This document shows, one piece after another, positions 1 through 10,189 of a DNA stretch of 64,000 nucleotides; position 1 is the stretch's first letter, and every line of letters starts with the position of its first letter. This stretch comes from a bacterium. GTDB lineage: Bacteria > Zixibacteria > MSB-5A5 > GN15 > FEB-12. The DNA is taken from NCBI GenBank assembly GCA_043811375.1, contig JBDRNJ010000024.1:32001-96000 (forward strand), written 5' to 3'. The notes under the pieces were generated by a model that saw only the letters and a list, made by a program, of their open reading frames with translations, searched no databases and was not told where the DNA came from. A program made the position numbers and the translations under genes.

Positions 1-479
1 TCATAGGAGATCATCTGCGCCGACGAGCGCAGGGCGCCCATCAGCGAATACTTGGAACCGGAGGACCACCCCGCCAGCACAATGCCGTACACGCCCAGCG
101 ACGTTACCGCAAATACAAACAGAATACCGATGTTCAAATCGGAGATGACCATCTTGATCTCACGGCCAAAAAGCGCCGTATCCGCTGCAAAGGGAACCAC
201 GGCAAAAGTCAGTAAGGCCGGAACAAACGAGATCGCCGGTGCCAGGGCAAATATGACCCGTTCCACGTTACTCGGCACCACATCTTCCTTGAAGATCAGT
301 TTGATGGCATCAGCTATCGGTTGCAGCAGACCACGCGGTCCGGCATAGGCCGGTCCCACCCGATGCTGCATGAAAGCGACCACTTTCCTTTCCATGTAAG
401 TGGAATAGGCACAGCCGGTCAGAACGGCCACAACTACCACCACTACCTTGATCGAAGCTACAATAATTATTTCCAGCAT
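1..479 (-). CDS. nuoH: NADH-quinone oxidoreductase subunit H (3' part runs off window start)
   Basis: Manual reverse translation from ATG at 479 gives MLEIIIVASIKVVVVVAVLTGCAYSTYMERKVVAFMQHRVGP...LLQPIADAIKLIFKED, the ND1/NuoH motifs. It directly follows nuoG. Confidence 0.95.
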   Translation of the reverse strand, partial: MLEIIIVASIKVVVVVVAVLTGCAYSTYMERKVVAFMQHRVGPAYAGPRGLLQPIADAIKLIFKEDVVPSNVERVIFALAPAISFVPALLTFAVVPFAADTALFGREIKMVISDLNIGILFVFAVTSLGVYGIVLAGWSSGSKYSLMGALRSSAQMISY

Positions 480-483
480 GGTC

Positions 484-3051
484 TTATTCGTCCACCTTGC
501 TGATTTTCACCAGGTCCAGTCGTCTTTTGCGCATAAGCAACGATGTAACCGGTGTGGCTGAGAAATTGCGCGGCACCAACACCACCTCGGAGTCCAGCCA
601 GGGTGATATCCGGGCCGGAGCGATGATCTTGCCCACCTCGGATTCAACCCGCACCGGAGCGCCCTCATTCAACTCAAATTCAGCGGCCAGATCGGCTGAA
701 ATCTCAACGTACGCCTCACCGGAAAATGCAGCCAGCAGAGGTGACTTTTCGCTCCAGTGGCCACTGTGGTGCGGATCATCAATGACAAACAGGGGCAGCG
801 GGTAATCATCGCCGACCGATTCCTGCGGACGTTTCACCGGCTGGAAATCCTTGGGCCGGGCCGGATCCGGCCGGATGGCAAGCAGTCGATCAATATCGCC
901 AGTCATTTCATCGGTAGATTCAAACAAAGCGTTGCCGAATATTTCCGCGAGCATATTAATTATGTCATACCCCGGTCGAGCCTGACCAATCGGTCGAATG
1001 GCCGCACCGACCCGCTGCAGTCGGCCCTCCAGATTGACGTAGCCACCGGCTGACTCCATCCAACTGGTCAGGGGCAGGACCACATCGGCCAGGGCGGTTG
1101 TCTCATTTTCAAAGAGATCACAGGCGACCAGGAACTCCAGTTTCTCAAGGCCTTCTTTCACAAACTGACGATCCGGGCACAGCATCATGGGATCGGCGCC
1201 CATAACGATAAGACCGTTGATTTCTTCCTTTTTCATCAGGACCAGCATGGAGTCGGTAGTATGAGGTGTGCAATCGGGGAAAGCACCCCATTGAGATGTC
1301 AGCTCTTTCTTTATCGTTTCCGGCGGGTCGGGAATCAATCCCAGACGCTCGGCGCCGCATGAATTGGCATACCGCGCCGGCACCGCCAGTTGCCCCTTGT
1401 CACTCAGACCCAGCAGCAGGTCGAGATTGACTACCGAGGCGGCAATCGCTTCCCGCGCTCCGGATTGAGTGATAAGCTCTCCCATCATAAAGGTCACTCG
1501 CTGTCCTTCAAAGAGAGCCCTGGCCACCAGGCGTAACTCACTCTCGGCTACACCACAGATCGAGGCCGCCTCCTCAAGCGAAGAGACCTCCAGCTTATCT
1601 TTTAGATTTTGCGCGACATCGCTATCGACGATGTTTTCGTCTATAGCCGCCAGACAGATGCCACTGATAACAATCTCGTCGGTTCCCGGACGGTAGACCA
1701 GTTCGCCATCAGCCACGTCGGCCGATTTTACCGAGTACGGGTTGAGAGAGTAGATACGTGGTCGGCCGAAATTGCGAGCTCGGCGCAGGCGTAAGTATTC
1801 GTTGGGGTGTTCCCGCAGCAGATCGGAACCGAAAACAACGATCACATCCGAATCATCCAGATCGGCTATCTTAAACGACCGTCGGCACAACCCGGAGAAC
1901 AGGCTTTCGGTCCGTTCGGGCAACATGCGATAATCGAGTCGGAAATCGATATTATTGGAGTTGAAAACCGTACGAAGGAACTTCGAGAAGCAATACAGGG
2001 AAGCGTTATCGAGGTTTGGCGCGGCCAACCCGCCGATACAAACCCCGCCTTTTTTCTCCCTGATTTCGCTGAAACGCCGGTGGACTACCTCCAGCGCTTC
2101 TTCCCAGGTGGCCGGCACCTGTTTGCCTTCCTTCTTGACGAGCGGAGTCAGCAACCGTTCGGACGAGTTCGCGATCTGGTAGCCGTAACGGGTCACATCC
2201 GGCAGCCAGCCGTCATCGATATCATCATTACAGCGGGAGGTTGTGCGACAAACCTCGTTCTTATGATTATTCGTGTAGAGTAACAGGTTACTTCCCGAGC
2301 TATAAAAATTGCATACCGACGGCACTTTCCCGGCCAGCCACACCCGCATCTTGTAGCGCCAGTCAACGCAGGTCAGGGCACCCACCGGACAGATTTCAGC
2401 GAGGTTACCTGAAAAGGGATTGGTTATCTGCCGGCCCGGCGCGGCATTGATGGAAGTTGTATTGCCGCGACCGTAGGCGCCCAGGTCAAACTCTCCAAAG
2501 GCCTCTTTGTTGGCCCGAACGCAACGATAACAGAGGATACAGCGATTGCGATTGTGAGTGATCCCGGGACCGATGGAAATATCGTCAAAAGTGCTGGCGC
2601 TGCCGTCATCGGTAAAGCGATACTTGGTAAACTCAAAGCGACTGTCGTCCGCACCGTGAGCGTATGTAAGATCCTGCAGCTGACATTCCCCGGCCTGATC
2701 ACAGGTAGGGCAGTCAAGCGGATGATTGGTCAGGGTAAACTCAATAATCGCCCGGCGGCCCTGCAGCACTTTCTCAGAGTTGGTAAAAACGGTCATGCCC
2801 TCAGTGGCCTCCGTGGCGCAGGATACCATCAGCTTCGGGATTTTTTCGATCTCAACGTAACACATCCGACAGGAACCGGCCGCCTTCAGTTTGGGATGCC
2901 AGCAGAAGGTCGGAATGTAGATACCCAGTTTCCGGGCGGCATCGAGAACAGTTGTCCCCTTGGGAACACTGACCTGACGACCATCAATGGTCAGAGTGAC
3001 TGCCTTTGGAGCGGCCTTGCCGGTGGTTTTCTTTTCCGTTGTCTCAGCCAT
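484..3051 (-). CDS. nuoG: NADH-quinone oxidoreductase subunit G (long form with C-terminal molybdopterin-dinucleotide-binding-like domain)
   Basis: Fe-S motifs CWHPKL..GSCRMC, HPLDCPTCDQAGEC and CILCYRC..CPVGAL; position in the nuo operon. Confidence 0.93.
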   Translation of the reverse strand: MAETTEKKTTGKAAPKAVTLTIDGRQVSVPKGTTVLDAARKLGIYIPTFCWHPKLKAAGSCRMCYVEIEKIPKLMVSCATEATEGMTVFTNSEKVLQGRRAIIEFTLTNHPLDCPTCDQAGECQLQDLTYAHGADDSRFEFTKYRFTDDGSASTFDDISIGPGITHNRNRCILCYRCVRANKEAFGEFDLGAYGRGNTTSINAAPGRQITNPFSGNLAEICPVGALTCVDWRYKMRVWLAGKVPSVCNFYSSGSNLLLYTNNHKNEVCRTTSRCNDDIDDGWLPDVTRYGYQIANSSERLLTPLVKKEGKQVPATWEEALEVVHRRFSEIREKKGGVCIGGLAAPNLDNASLYCFSKFLRTVFNSNNIDFRLDYRMLPERTESLFSGLCRRSFKIADLDDSDVIVVFGSDLLREHPNEYLRLRRARNFGRPRIYSLNPYSVKSADVADGELVYRPGTDEIVISGICLAAIDENIVDSDVAQNLKDKLEVSSLEEAASICGVAESELRLVARALFEGQRVTFMMGELITQSGAREAIAASVVNLDLLLGLSDKGQLAVPARYANSCGAERLGLIPDPPETIKKELTSQWGAFPDCTPHTTDSMLVLMKKEEINGLIVMGADPMMLCPDRQFVKEGLEKLEFLVACDLFENETTALADVVLPLTSWMESAGGYVNLEGRLQRVGAAIRPIGQARPGYDIINMLAEIFGNALFESTDEMTGDIDRLLAIRPDPARPKDFQPVKRPQESVGDDYPLPLFVIDDPHHSGHWSEKSPLLAAFSGEAYVEISADLAAEFELNEGAPVRVESEVGKIIAPARISPWLDSEVVLVPRNFSATPVTSLLMRKRRLDLVKISKVDE

Positions 3052-3062
3052 CGTTGAAACCG

Positions 3063-4394
3063 TTAAAAATCAAATCGTGTTGTTACCCGGCAGGTGCCGT
3101 GGTCAATATGGTATTGCCATTCGTCGCGCCAGTGCTTGATGGCCGACTGAATCGGCATCACGGCTGCGTCACCCAGCGGGCATACCGTCCGGCCCAGGAT
3201 ATTGCAGCATATCTCTTCAATCAACTCTATATCACCCGGTTTGCCCAGGCCCTTTTCAATGCGCTCGATAATCTGCTTCAGCCAACTGGTCCCGTCGCGA
3301 CAGGGGGTGCACTTGCCGCATGATTCATGGTGGTAGAAATGGATCAACTTGAGAACCATCCAGACAATGCAGGTATCCTCGTTGAAGACGATCACCGCTC
3401 CCGAACCGAGCATCGAACCGACCGTCACCAGAGATTCGTAGTCCAGGTTGACATCGATCATCTCCGGTGTCAGCATCGGCGTGGAACTGCCGCCCGGGAT
3501 AACACCTTTCAGTTTCTTGCCGCCCCGGATGCCGCCGCCGTATGCTGGATCATATATAAGTTTTCTCAGGGAGAATCCCATCTCGACTTCGTAATTACCC
3601 GGACGCTGCACGTGACCGGACAGCGAGAATATCTTGCTGCCGGTCGACTTCTCGGTGCCCAGCGAGGCGTACCAGGCACCGCCACGGTTGATAATGTGCG
3701 GCACGCTGGCCAGTGTCTCGACGTTGTTGACAATCGTCGGGCAGGCGTACAACCCCTCGATCGCCGGGAACGGGGGACGCATGCGAGTCATACCCCGCTC
3801 TCCTTCCAGCGAATTGAGAAGGGAGGTCTCCTCACCGCAAATATAAGCACCACCGCCGGAATGGACGATCATATCCAGATCGTACCCACTGCCATGTATA
3901 TTCTTACCGAGATGGCCACGATCATACGCTTCCTCCCGGGCTGCCTCCATGCGCCTGATGCAATAATCGAACTCGCCCCGGATATAGATGAACATCGTGT
4001 GGCAACCGATGGAATAAGCAGCAATGGCCATTCCCTCTATTACCGCGTGAGGATCGCGCTCCATAAGAACCCGGTCCTTGCAGGTACCCGGCTCCGATTC
4101 GTCGGCATTGCAGCACAGGTAGCGCGGTTTGGGAGAATCCACCGGCACAAAGCTCCATTTGAGACCCGCCGGGAAACCGGCGCCACCCCGACCGCGGATG
4201 CCGGATTTCTTGACTTCGTCGATCACTTCCCGGGCCGACATCTCCGCCAGCACTTTCTTCCAGGCCCGGTAACCGCCATTAGCCTCGAACGTCTCGACCC
4301 TGCACTGCTCCGGGTTTTCGACGTGCCGGAACAGGTGCAGACGGTCGCTGTCGGCAACTTCGGCGGCATTGGTTATGACGGGTGAGTCAAACAT
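3063..4394 (-). CDS. nuoF: NADH-quinone oxidoreductase subunit F
   Basis: GRGGAGFPAGLKW, CNADESEPGT, GAYICGEETSL and ESCGKCTPCRDG motifs. Confidence 0.97.
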   Translation of the reverse strand: MFDSPVITNAAEVADSDRLHLFRHVENPEQCRVETFEANGGYRAWKKVLAEMSAREVIDEVKKSGIRGRGGAGFPAGLKWSFVPVDSPKPRYLCCNADESEPGTCKDRVLMERDPHAVIEGMAIAAYSIGCHTMFIYIRGEFDYCIRRMEAAREEAYDRGHLGKNIHGSGYDLDMIVHSGGGAYICGEETSLLNSLEGERGMTRMRPPFPAIEGLYACPTIVNNVETLASVPHIINRGGAWYASLGTEKSTGSKIFSLSGHVQRPGNYEVEMGFSLRKLIYDPAYGGGIRGGKKLKGVIPGGSSTPMLTPEMIDVNLDYESLVTVGSMLGSGAVIVFNEDTCIVWMVLKLIHFYHHESCGKCTPCRDGTSWLKQIIERIEKGLGKPGDIELIEEICCNILGRTVCPLGDAAVMPIQSAIKHWRDEWQYHIDHGTCRVTTRFDF

Positions 4395-4870
4395 CAGTCT
4401 TTTTCTCTCAATTCCTGAAGAATCTGATCCACTTTTTCGCGGGTCAGGTTCTCATGGTAATCCTGGTTGATCTGCATCATTGGTGCGGTGGCACACGAAC
4501 CGAGGCACTCCACTGTCGTCAACGTAAAGAGGTTGTCGGGGGTGGTCTCACCCTTCTTGATCTGGAGTTTCTCTTCAAGGTAGGCCACCAGTGAGTCAGC
4601 ACCCAGCAGGGCACAGGATATATTATGGCATACCTGAATCAAATACTTACCGACGGGATGCTTGGGAAACAGCGTGTAGAAACTGGCCGCCTCCGCCACC
4701 TCAACAACCGGCACACCGATAGTTTCCGATATTTCCCGGTAAACGTCATCATTGAGATGCCCCACCTGTCGATATGCAATCGTTATAGCCGGCAGGATAG
4801 CCGACTTACGATGCGGATACTGCTCGGCTTTATCGCGAATGCGCTGCCTTGATTCATCCGTCAGAATCAT
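4394..4870 (-). CDS. nuoE: NADH-quinone oxidoreductase subunit E
   Basis: 2Fe-2S motifs VCHNISC and ECLGSCATAP; ASFYTLF motif. Confidence 0.96.
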   Translation of the reverse strand: MILTDESRQRIRDKAEQYPHRKSAILPAITIAYRQVGHLNDDVYREISETIGVPVVEVAEAASFYTLFPKHPVGKYLIQVCHNISCALLGADSLVAYLEEKLQIKKGETTPDNLFTLTTVECLGSCATAPMMQINQDYHENLTREKVDQILQELREKD

Positions 4871-6036
4871 CTGTCAACCTCTCCCAGAACGATATCGATC
4901 GATCCGATGGCACATACCACGTCCGCAAACAGCCGCCCTTCCACCAGGCGCGGCAGGGATGCCAGATTGATAAAAGACGGCGGTCGCACTCGAACCCGGT
5001 GCGGCTTGTTGCTGCCGTCGGATGAGATAAAGAATCCGATCTCCCCTTTGGGCGACTCGATAGCCTGGTAGACCGCTCCTAACGGTGCCTTGAAACCCTC
5101 GGTGATAATCTTGAAATGGAATATCATCGATTCCATCTTGTAGAGTATGTCTTCTTTAGGAGGCAACACCACTCCCGGCACGTGAGCCCGGTAAGGTCCC
5201 TCCGGCATACCATCGACAGCCTGTTCGGCGATGTTCAGTGACTGACGGATTTCCTCAAGCCGCAGCAGATAACGGTCGTAAGCATCGCCGTTTCGCCCAA
5301 TGGCGATTTCAAAGTCGAAGTTCTCATAACCGCTGTACGGGTTGGCTTTTCTCAGGTCATGTTTGACCCCGCTGCCGCGCAGCATCGGCCCCGAAAGGGA
5401 AAGATTGATAGCCTCTTCGGCGGAGATAACCGCCACCCCCCGGGTTCGATTGATAAAAATCTCATTCTTGGTCAGTAGTTTCTCATAATCATGCAGCCGT
5501 TCCCGGACAATCTTGACAATTTTTCTTACCTTGCGGTCAAAATCACGCGGCAGATCATGCGCCAGCCCGCCGATCCGGATATAGCTGGTCATCATCCGCT
5601 GACCGCCACAAGCTTCATAGATGTCCAGGATAAGTTCCCGCTCCCGAAAAGTATACAGCAGCATCGACATCGCACCCAGGTCCAGCGCATGCGTACCCAA
5701 CCAGACCAGGTGTGAGTTGACGCGAGTAAGTTCCGCCAGGCAGACCCGCGCCCATTTGACCCTGTCCGGTACGTCGACATCCATCAGCTTTTCCACCGCC
5801 AGGCAATAGCCGAGATTGTTGGACATCGGTGCCAGATAATCCATACGGTCTGTGGCCGGCAACGCCTGGTAATAGAGCTTGGACTCCATCGTTTTCTCAA
5901 TACCGGTATGCAGGTAACCGATCACGGGGCGCGCCCTGACCACCGTCTCCCCGTCCAATTCAAGCACCACCCGTAACACGCCATGAGTCGATGGGTGTTG
6001 CGGTCCCATGTTCAGGGTAATGGTCTGTTCAGCCAT
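4867..6036 (-). CDS. nuoD: NADH-quinone oxidoreductase subunit D
   Basis: NMGPQHPSTHGVLR, GYLHTGIEK, DRMDY and C-terminal DIVLGEVDR. Confidence 0.97.
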   Translation of the reverse strand: MAEQTITLNMGPQHPSTHGVLRVVLELDGETVVRARPVIGYLHTGIEKTMESKLYYQALPATDRMDYLAPMSNNLGYCLAVEKLMDVDVPDRVKWARVCLAELTRVNSHLVWLGTHALDLGAMSMLLYTFRERELILDIYEACGGQRMMTSYIRIGGLAHDLPRDFDRKVRKIVKIVRERLHDYEKLLTKNEIFINRTRGVAVISAEEAINLSLSGPMLRGSGVKHDLRKANPYSGYENFDFEIAIGRNGDAYDRYLLRLEEIRQSLNIAEQAVDGMPEGPYRAHVPGVVLPPKEDILYKMESMIFHFKIITEGFKAPLGAVYQAIESPKGEIGFFISSDGSNKPHRVRVRPPSFINLASLPRLVEGRLFADVVCAIGSIDIVLGEVDR

Positions 6037-6551
6037 TAGCGTATCACCTCGGGCGGCTTATCCTTGTTCCAGGTAAACTGCGGCTGTTCATAGGTGAGCG
6101 GGAAATCCTTGCGCAACGGGTGACCGTCAAGGTCATCGGGCGTCAATATCTTGGTCAGGTCGGGATGTCCCTCAAAGCTGATCCCCATCAGGTCGTAGAC
6201 TTCACGTTCCAGCCAGTCGGCCCCCTGCCAGAGGTGAGTGAGCGAAGCAATAGTCGGGTTGTCTCCGGGCAGCCGGACCTTCAGGAAAAACCGGTACTGG
6301 TGCGACAGGGAGTAAAGATTGTACACCACCTCAAAGCGGCCGTGCTTCTCCTCATCGTGACCGAGCCAGTCCAGAGAGGTGATATCAGCCAGGAATCTGA
6401 CGTCGAGATCACTGTCATGCATCAATTCCTCGCAAATAGGAACCAACGCATCAGCAATTATGTAGAACGACTGCTGATCCCGGAAATTATCTTCCCGGAT
6501 GACAGCCTCACCGAATGTACTTTTTAAAAAACTTCTGAGCTTCTCTTCCAT
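6036..6551 (-). CDS. nuoC: NADH-quinone oxidoreductase subunit C
   Basis: WLEREVYDLMGISFEGHPDL..GHPLRKDFPL motif. Confidence 0.96.
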   Translation of the reverse strand: MEEKLRSFLKSTFGEAVIREDNFRDQQSFYIIADALVPICEELMHDSDLDVRFLADITSLDWLGHDEEKHGRFEVVYNLYSLSHQYRFFLKVRLPGDNPTIASLTHLWQGADWLEREVYDLMGISFEGHPDLTKILTPDDLDGHPLRKDFPLTYEQPQFTWNKDKPPEVIR

Positions 6552-6623
6552 ATCGCAGTGCTTGTTCCGTTGTTCACAAAGACAATCCGCATAACAGCGG
6601 CCGGAGCGCTGTCGCGAGCGCCT

Positions 6624-7127
6624 TCAGACCACCTTCCGTCCCCACTCATCGTGGCGATCCTTAACCGACTCTTTTTCAATCTTCTCCTGAAGCTTGAGTA
6701 TACCGTTCAACAGTTGCTCCGGTCGCGGCGGGCATCCCGGCACATAGACATCAACGGGAATGATCCGGTCGACTCCCTGAAGGACAGCATAGTTGTTGAA
6801 AATTCCTCCACAGGAGGCACAGGACCCCATAGCCAGAACCCACTTGGGGTTGGGCATCTGTTCGTAAAGTGTCCGGACCACCGGGGCCATCTTCATCGAC
6901 ACCCGGCCGGACACAATCATCAGATCAGCCTGGCGCGGGGATGGCCGCAAAACTTCCATGCCATAGCGAGCCAGGTCAAAATGGGGAGCAAAAGTTGAGA
7001 TCATCTCAATGGCGCAGCAGGCCAGACCGAAACCGAGAGGCCACATCGAGCGTTTGTGAGCCCAGTTGACTACTTTATCAAGGGTAGTGAGAATGATGGA
7101 ATCGGGAATCTTCTCTTCTAATCCCAC
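6624..7127 (-). CDS. nuoB: NADH-quinone oxidoreductase subunit B
   Basis: [25 protein letters not shown] and PGCPPRPE motifs. Start reassigned from 7238 to the GTG at 7127, which overlaps the end of nuoA. Confidence 0.95.
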   Translation of the reverse strand: MGLEEKIPDSIILTTLDKVVNWAHKRSMWPLGFGLACCAIEMISTFAPHFDLARYGMEVLRPSPRQADLMIVSGRVSMKMAPVVRTLYEQMPNPKWVLAMGSCASCGGIFNNYAVLQGVDRIIPVDVYVPGCPPRPEQLLNGILKLQEKIEKESVKDRHDEWGRKVV

Positions 7128-7474
7128 CGCAGGGCTCCTTTTCCCAGGACATAAAAATACCCGACCAGAAGTATCACCACAAAGACCAACATCTCGATAA
7201 AGCCAAACAGGCCTAACTGCCGCGAGATAACCGCCCACGGGTACAGGAAGATCACTTCTATGTCAAAGAGTACAAAGAGAATAGCTACCATGTAGAACTT
7301 CACCGGTACCGGTTCCCGGGTAGTCCCGACCGGTGTCAGGCCGCATTCGTAGGGATCAGTTTTGTGGCCCTGCCTGGTTCGGCGTCCGATCAGGATCGAC
7401 AGCAACATCAGAATTGCCGCAATCATGGTGGCAAATATCACCAGGAAGAGGATCGGGTAAAATGTCTCGAACAT
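7118..7474 (-). CDS. nuoA: NADH-quinone oxidoreductase subunit A
   Basis: [19 protein letters not shown] and KGALRWD motifs. The ATG at 7474 has GGAG upstream (ORF track start 7525). Confidence 0.95.
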   Translation of the reverse strand: MFETFYPILFLVIFATMIAAILMLLSILIGRRTRQGHKTDPYECGLTPVGTTREPVPVKFYMVAILFVLFDIEVIFLYPWAVISRQLGLFGFIEMLVFVVILLVGYFYVLGKGALRWD

Positions 7475-7642
7475 ATCTACAGCCAACTCCGCAAAATAAT
7501 TCCCCAACTTTAGTCGATCATCCACTGGAAGTCAACAAATATCGCTGTTATCCTTAATGAAGCTGTTCCATAAGTAAGTTCCAGCCATATTATGTTCCAC
7601 GCCATACAGAAAAGCGATCCGCCAACTCCGCGCAGCGAAGGG

Positions 7643-7821
7643 GTGGCAAGCCACTACTATTCTATATCGCATAGTGGCGGGCTTTATGTCCGCCGGTGGC
7701 GTTGAAAAAGTCATTGCAAAGAGTGACGGCCTTCCGGCTGAAGCGACGTGGCTTTCTCGTTGACATTTTTACGCGCGGTCGGGAATCCTTTCCTGACCGC
7801 ATCAAATGTAGCCGTCACGAA
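7643..7821. repeat. Mosaic of REP/MITE-like palindromic modules
   Basis: Contains GTGGCAAGCCAC (7643) and ATAGTGGCGGGCTTTATGTCCGCC (7671; 20/24 identical to 36577-36600). GAAGCGACGTGGCT..TCGTTGACATT is shared with 41251, and 7766-7821 matches 41329-41384 at 52/56. Confidence 0.85.
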
Positions 7822-8056
7822 CCTGGCAAAACTCATCCGGAATCACTACTTTGGCTTTTTCGCTCGCTCGCTGATAGCGATCTCTGACCGCCTCGAGGTA
7901 GGCACGTCATTCGTTTTCCCCCATATCACAGCTCCACTACCTGGTTACCAATATTATGAGGCAACGTACTATCCAGCAGCCTGTTTTCGGTTACCTTTTT
8001 TGTGAGGCAATGGCCGAATAGATAATGGAATAGGATTTCTCAACGAATGATATATA

Positions 8057-10027
8057 TTGTGGGTGTACCGCTCATATAGGCCAGAGGTAACTCGCATGTT
8101 CGTAATAGCACGAACGTTAACTGCGTATATTACAGCCATCGTGTTGGGGAGCAGTGGGGACTCATATAGTGCCGCAAACATCGAGACCGATACCACCGGG
8201 TCAAAGAAACTCCAGGTGTCCCGATCACTGCTTGAAGAAGCCCCCGACGTATTCCGTAACCAGTTTCTGCCAAGATTACCTGCACCCCATCAGATCACAA
8301 AATCACCCGGGCACTATTCAGTAGATGACTGGAAAAACGCTATCGATACGACCTGGGGTCCGGGACCGTCTGCGAGTGTAAAGGCCGCCAGGTTCGACCT
8401 GTTCTGGAACACTATAGATGATAGTTTTGCCTGTTTTCAGGACCTCGACGTCAACTGGGATTCAGTCGGGGACCATTATTCCACGGAAATCAACGATTCC
8501 ATCGTGAGCAGAGGTCGTTTCGCGGCAATAATGGACCACGCCACGAGAGCCTTAAAAGAGGGGCACACGATGTCCCGCGACAGCGTGGTCTACTTCACCC
8601 AACCGGCTCCCGGTGTTCCACTGATGTTTGTCGGCGGTTGGGGAACCAATGACCATTTCGGCGCCGGCCTGACTCCTTTGCCCGACAGCTCGTTGCTGGT
8701 CTACCGGACAGTGACAAATCACCCCCTCGGACTGGTACCGGGTGATATTGTGCTGGGTTATGACGGAATCCGATGGAAGCAGTTATACCGGGAGTTACTG
8801 GAGGCTGAACTACCGGTGACCGGGTTCTGGTGGGGAAGTTCGGAATCCTCACACACCCATTCCTGGCTGATGGCAGCCGGCCTCAACTGGCATCTTTTCG
8901 ACACAATTGACATCGTAAAGTATAATACGGGAGACACCCTGCATCTGGCCACCGATTTGCTGGTCGGGCAGGATATGCATCTTTGGGCCACGGAGCAAAT
9001 GGATATCCCCGGCGTACCCTTCCCGGATCTCTCAATAGACGACTTGATCACCTACGATTTTATCGAGGGAACGGATATCGGTTACATATACAGCTTAGGC
9101 TGGTACATCAATGGCGTAGATATGGACTGGTCCTGGGCTATAGCTTCCCTCTTGTATGGAACGACGGGGATGATTATTGACTTAAGGACCTGTTACGGTG
9201 GTAATCCCGCCTGGACACGACAGGGTCTGGAGTACCTTTTCGCTCAGACCGTGGATACAATCGGTATAGATATGCGTGCCGATCCCGATGACCACTTCAG
9301 TATGCAACCGTCCAGCCTTATCCCCGCCGACTGGTTCAAGATCGACGGTGATTCAACGTCATACTACGACAAGCCGGTAGCCGTGCTGATCGGGCCGGGA
9401 TGCATAAGCATGGGTGATCTCGTCGCCCTGCTGCTGACATTCTATCCCAACACCAGGCTCTTCGGCAAACCCACCTCGGCCGCCTTTAACAGCCCGGATG
9501 CGTATTCTGCCGGTGCGGATTTCTTCTTTCGCTATTCCCGAAGCGAAACGTACCTGTTTAGCAATCCCGGTCATTACCTGACCCACGACGAGTTCCCGAA
9601 TGCGATCGATTTCCCATGGATTTCATTCCAGGAGGTATGGCTGACACCTGACGGTGTAGCCGCCGGTAAAGATGACGTCGTTGAGGCTGCCATAGCCTGG
9701 ATAAACGCCACCACCGCTGCAGGAGATGAACCGGAGGAGACCCTGCCTGAGAGTTTCGCACTCCTCCAGAACTACCCCAACCCATTTAACCTGTCAACCA
9801 CGGTTTCATTTGATCTGCCGTCGCGCTCGCGCGTTGTCATCACCGTCTACAACGTGATCGGCCAGGTGGTGACAACATTGCTTGATGAAGTCAAACCGGC
9901 CGGCCGCTACGACATCAAATGGGACGGCAAAGATCAGCACGGCGAAACTATCGCCAGCGGCGTCTACTTATACGAAATGAGAGCCGGAGAATATACCGAT
10001 ACCCGGAAGATGCTGCTGTTGAAGTAG
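8057..10027 (+). CDS. Secreted S41-family peptidase-like protein with C-terminal FlgD-Ig/T9SS-A-type sorting domain
   Basis: PDZ-like segment (GLVPGDIVLGYDG), IIDLRTCYGGN, KPVAVLIGPGCISMGD and C-terminal LLQNYPNPFN...WDGKD..G..IASGVYLY..TRKMLLLK. The true start may be the ATG of MFVIART. Confidence 0.8.
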   Translation: MWVYRSYRPEVTRMFVIARTLTAYITAIVLGSSGDSYSAANIETDTTGSKKLQVSRSLLEEAPDVFRNQFLPRLPAPHQITKSPGHYSVDDWKNAIDTTWGPGPSASVKAARFDLFWNTIDDSFACFQDLDVNWDSVGDHYSTEINDSIVSRGRFAAIMDHATRALKEGHTMSRDSVVYFTQPAPGVPLMFVGGWGTNDHFGAGLTPLPDSSLLVYRTVTNHPLGLVPGDIVLGYDGIRWKQLYRELLEAELPVTGFWWGSSESSHTHSWLMAAGLNWHLFDTIDIVKYNTGDTLHLATDLLVGQDMHLWATEQMDIPGVPFPDLSIDDLITYDFIEGTDIGYIYSLGWYINGVDMDWSWAIASLLYGTTGMIIDLRTCYGGNPAWTRQGLEYLFAQTVDTIGIDMRADPDDHFSMQPSSLIPADWFKIDGDSTSYYDKPVAVLIGPGCISMGDLVALLLTFYPNTRLFGKPTSAAFNSPDAYSAGADFFFRYSRSETYLFSNPGHYLTHDEFPNAIDFPWISFQEVWLTPDGVAAGKDDVVEAAIAWINATTAAGDEPEETLPESFALLQNYPNPFNLSTTVSFDLPSRSRVVITVYNVIGQVVTTLLDEVKPAGRYDIKWDGKDQHGETIASGVYLYEMRAGEYTDTRKMLLLK

Positions 10028-10101
10028 CATGCGAGAGGATAATAATATATTTGATCGGGGTACGTTCTGAGGTTGTCCCATAAGGTGACGACTCGGGCTG
10101 G

Positions 10102-10126
10102 GCAGGGTGGGGGCTCTTCTCCCACC
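10102..10126 (+). repeat. REP-like hairpin
   Basis: GCAG GGTGGGGG CTCTT CTCCCACC resembles GTAG AGTGGGGG CTTGT CCCCCAC at 47737. Confidence 0.55.
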
Positions 10127-10189
10127 AATAAAAGTGGCGATAAGACAAATGAGAGTCCAGATTAAACCATAACATGCAAAGGGTTTAGC

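Noticed and set aside
3327..4385. 352-aa plus-strand ORF
   Set aside because: Antisense to the highly conserved nuoF and has no protein-like motifs.
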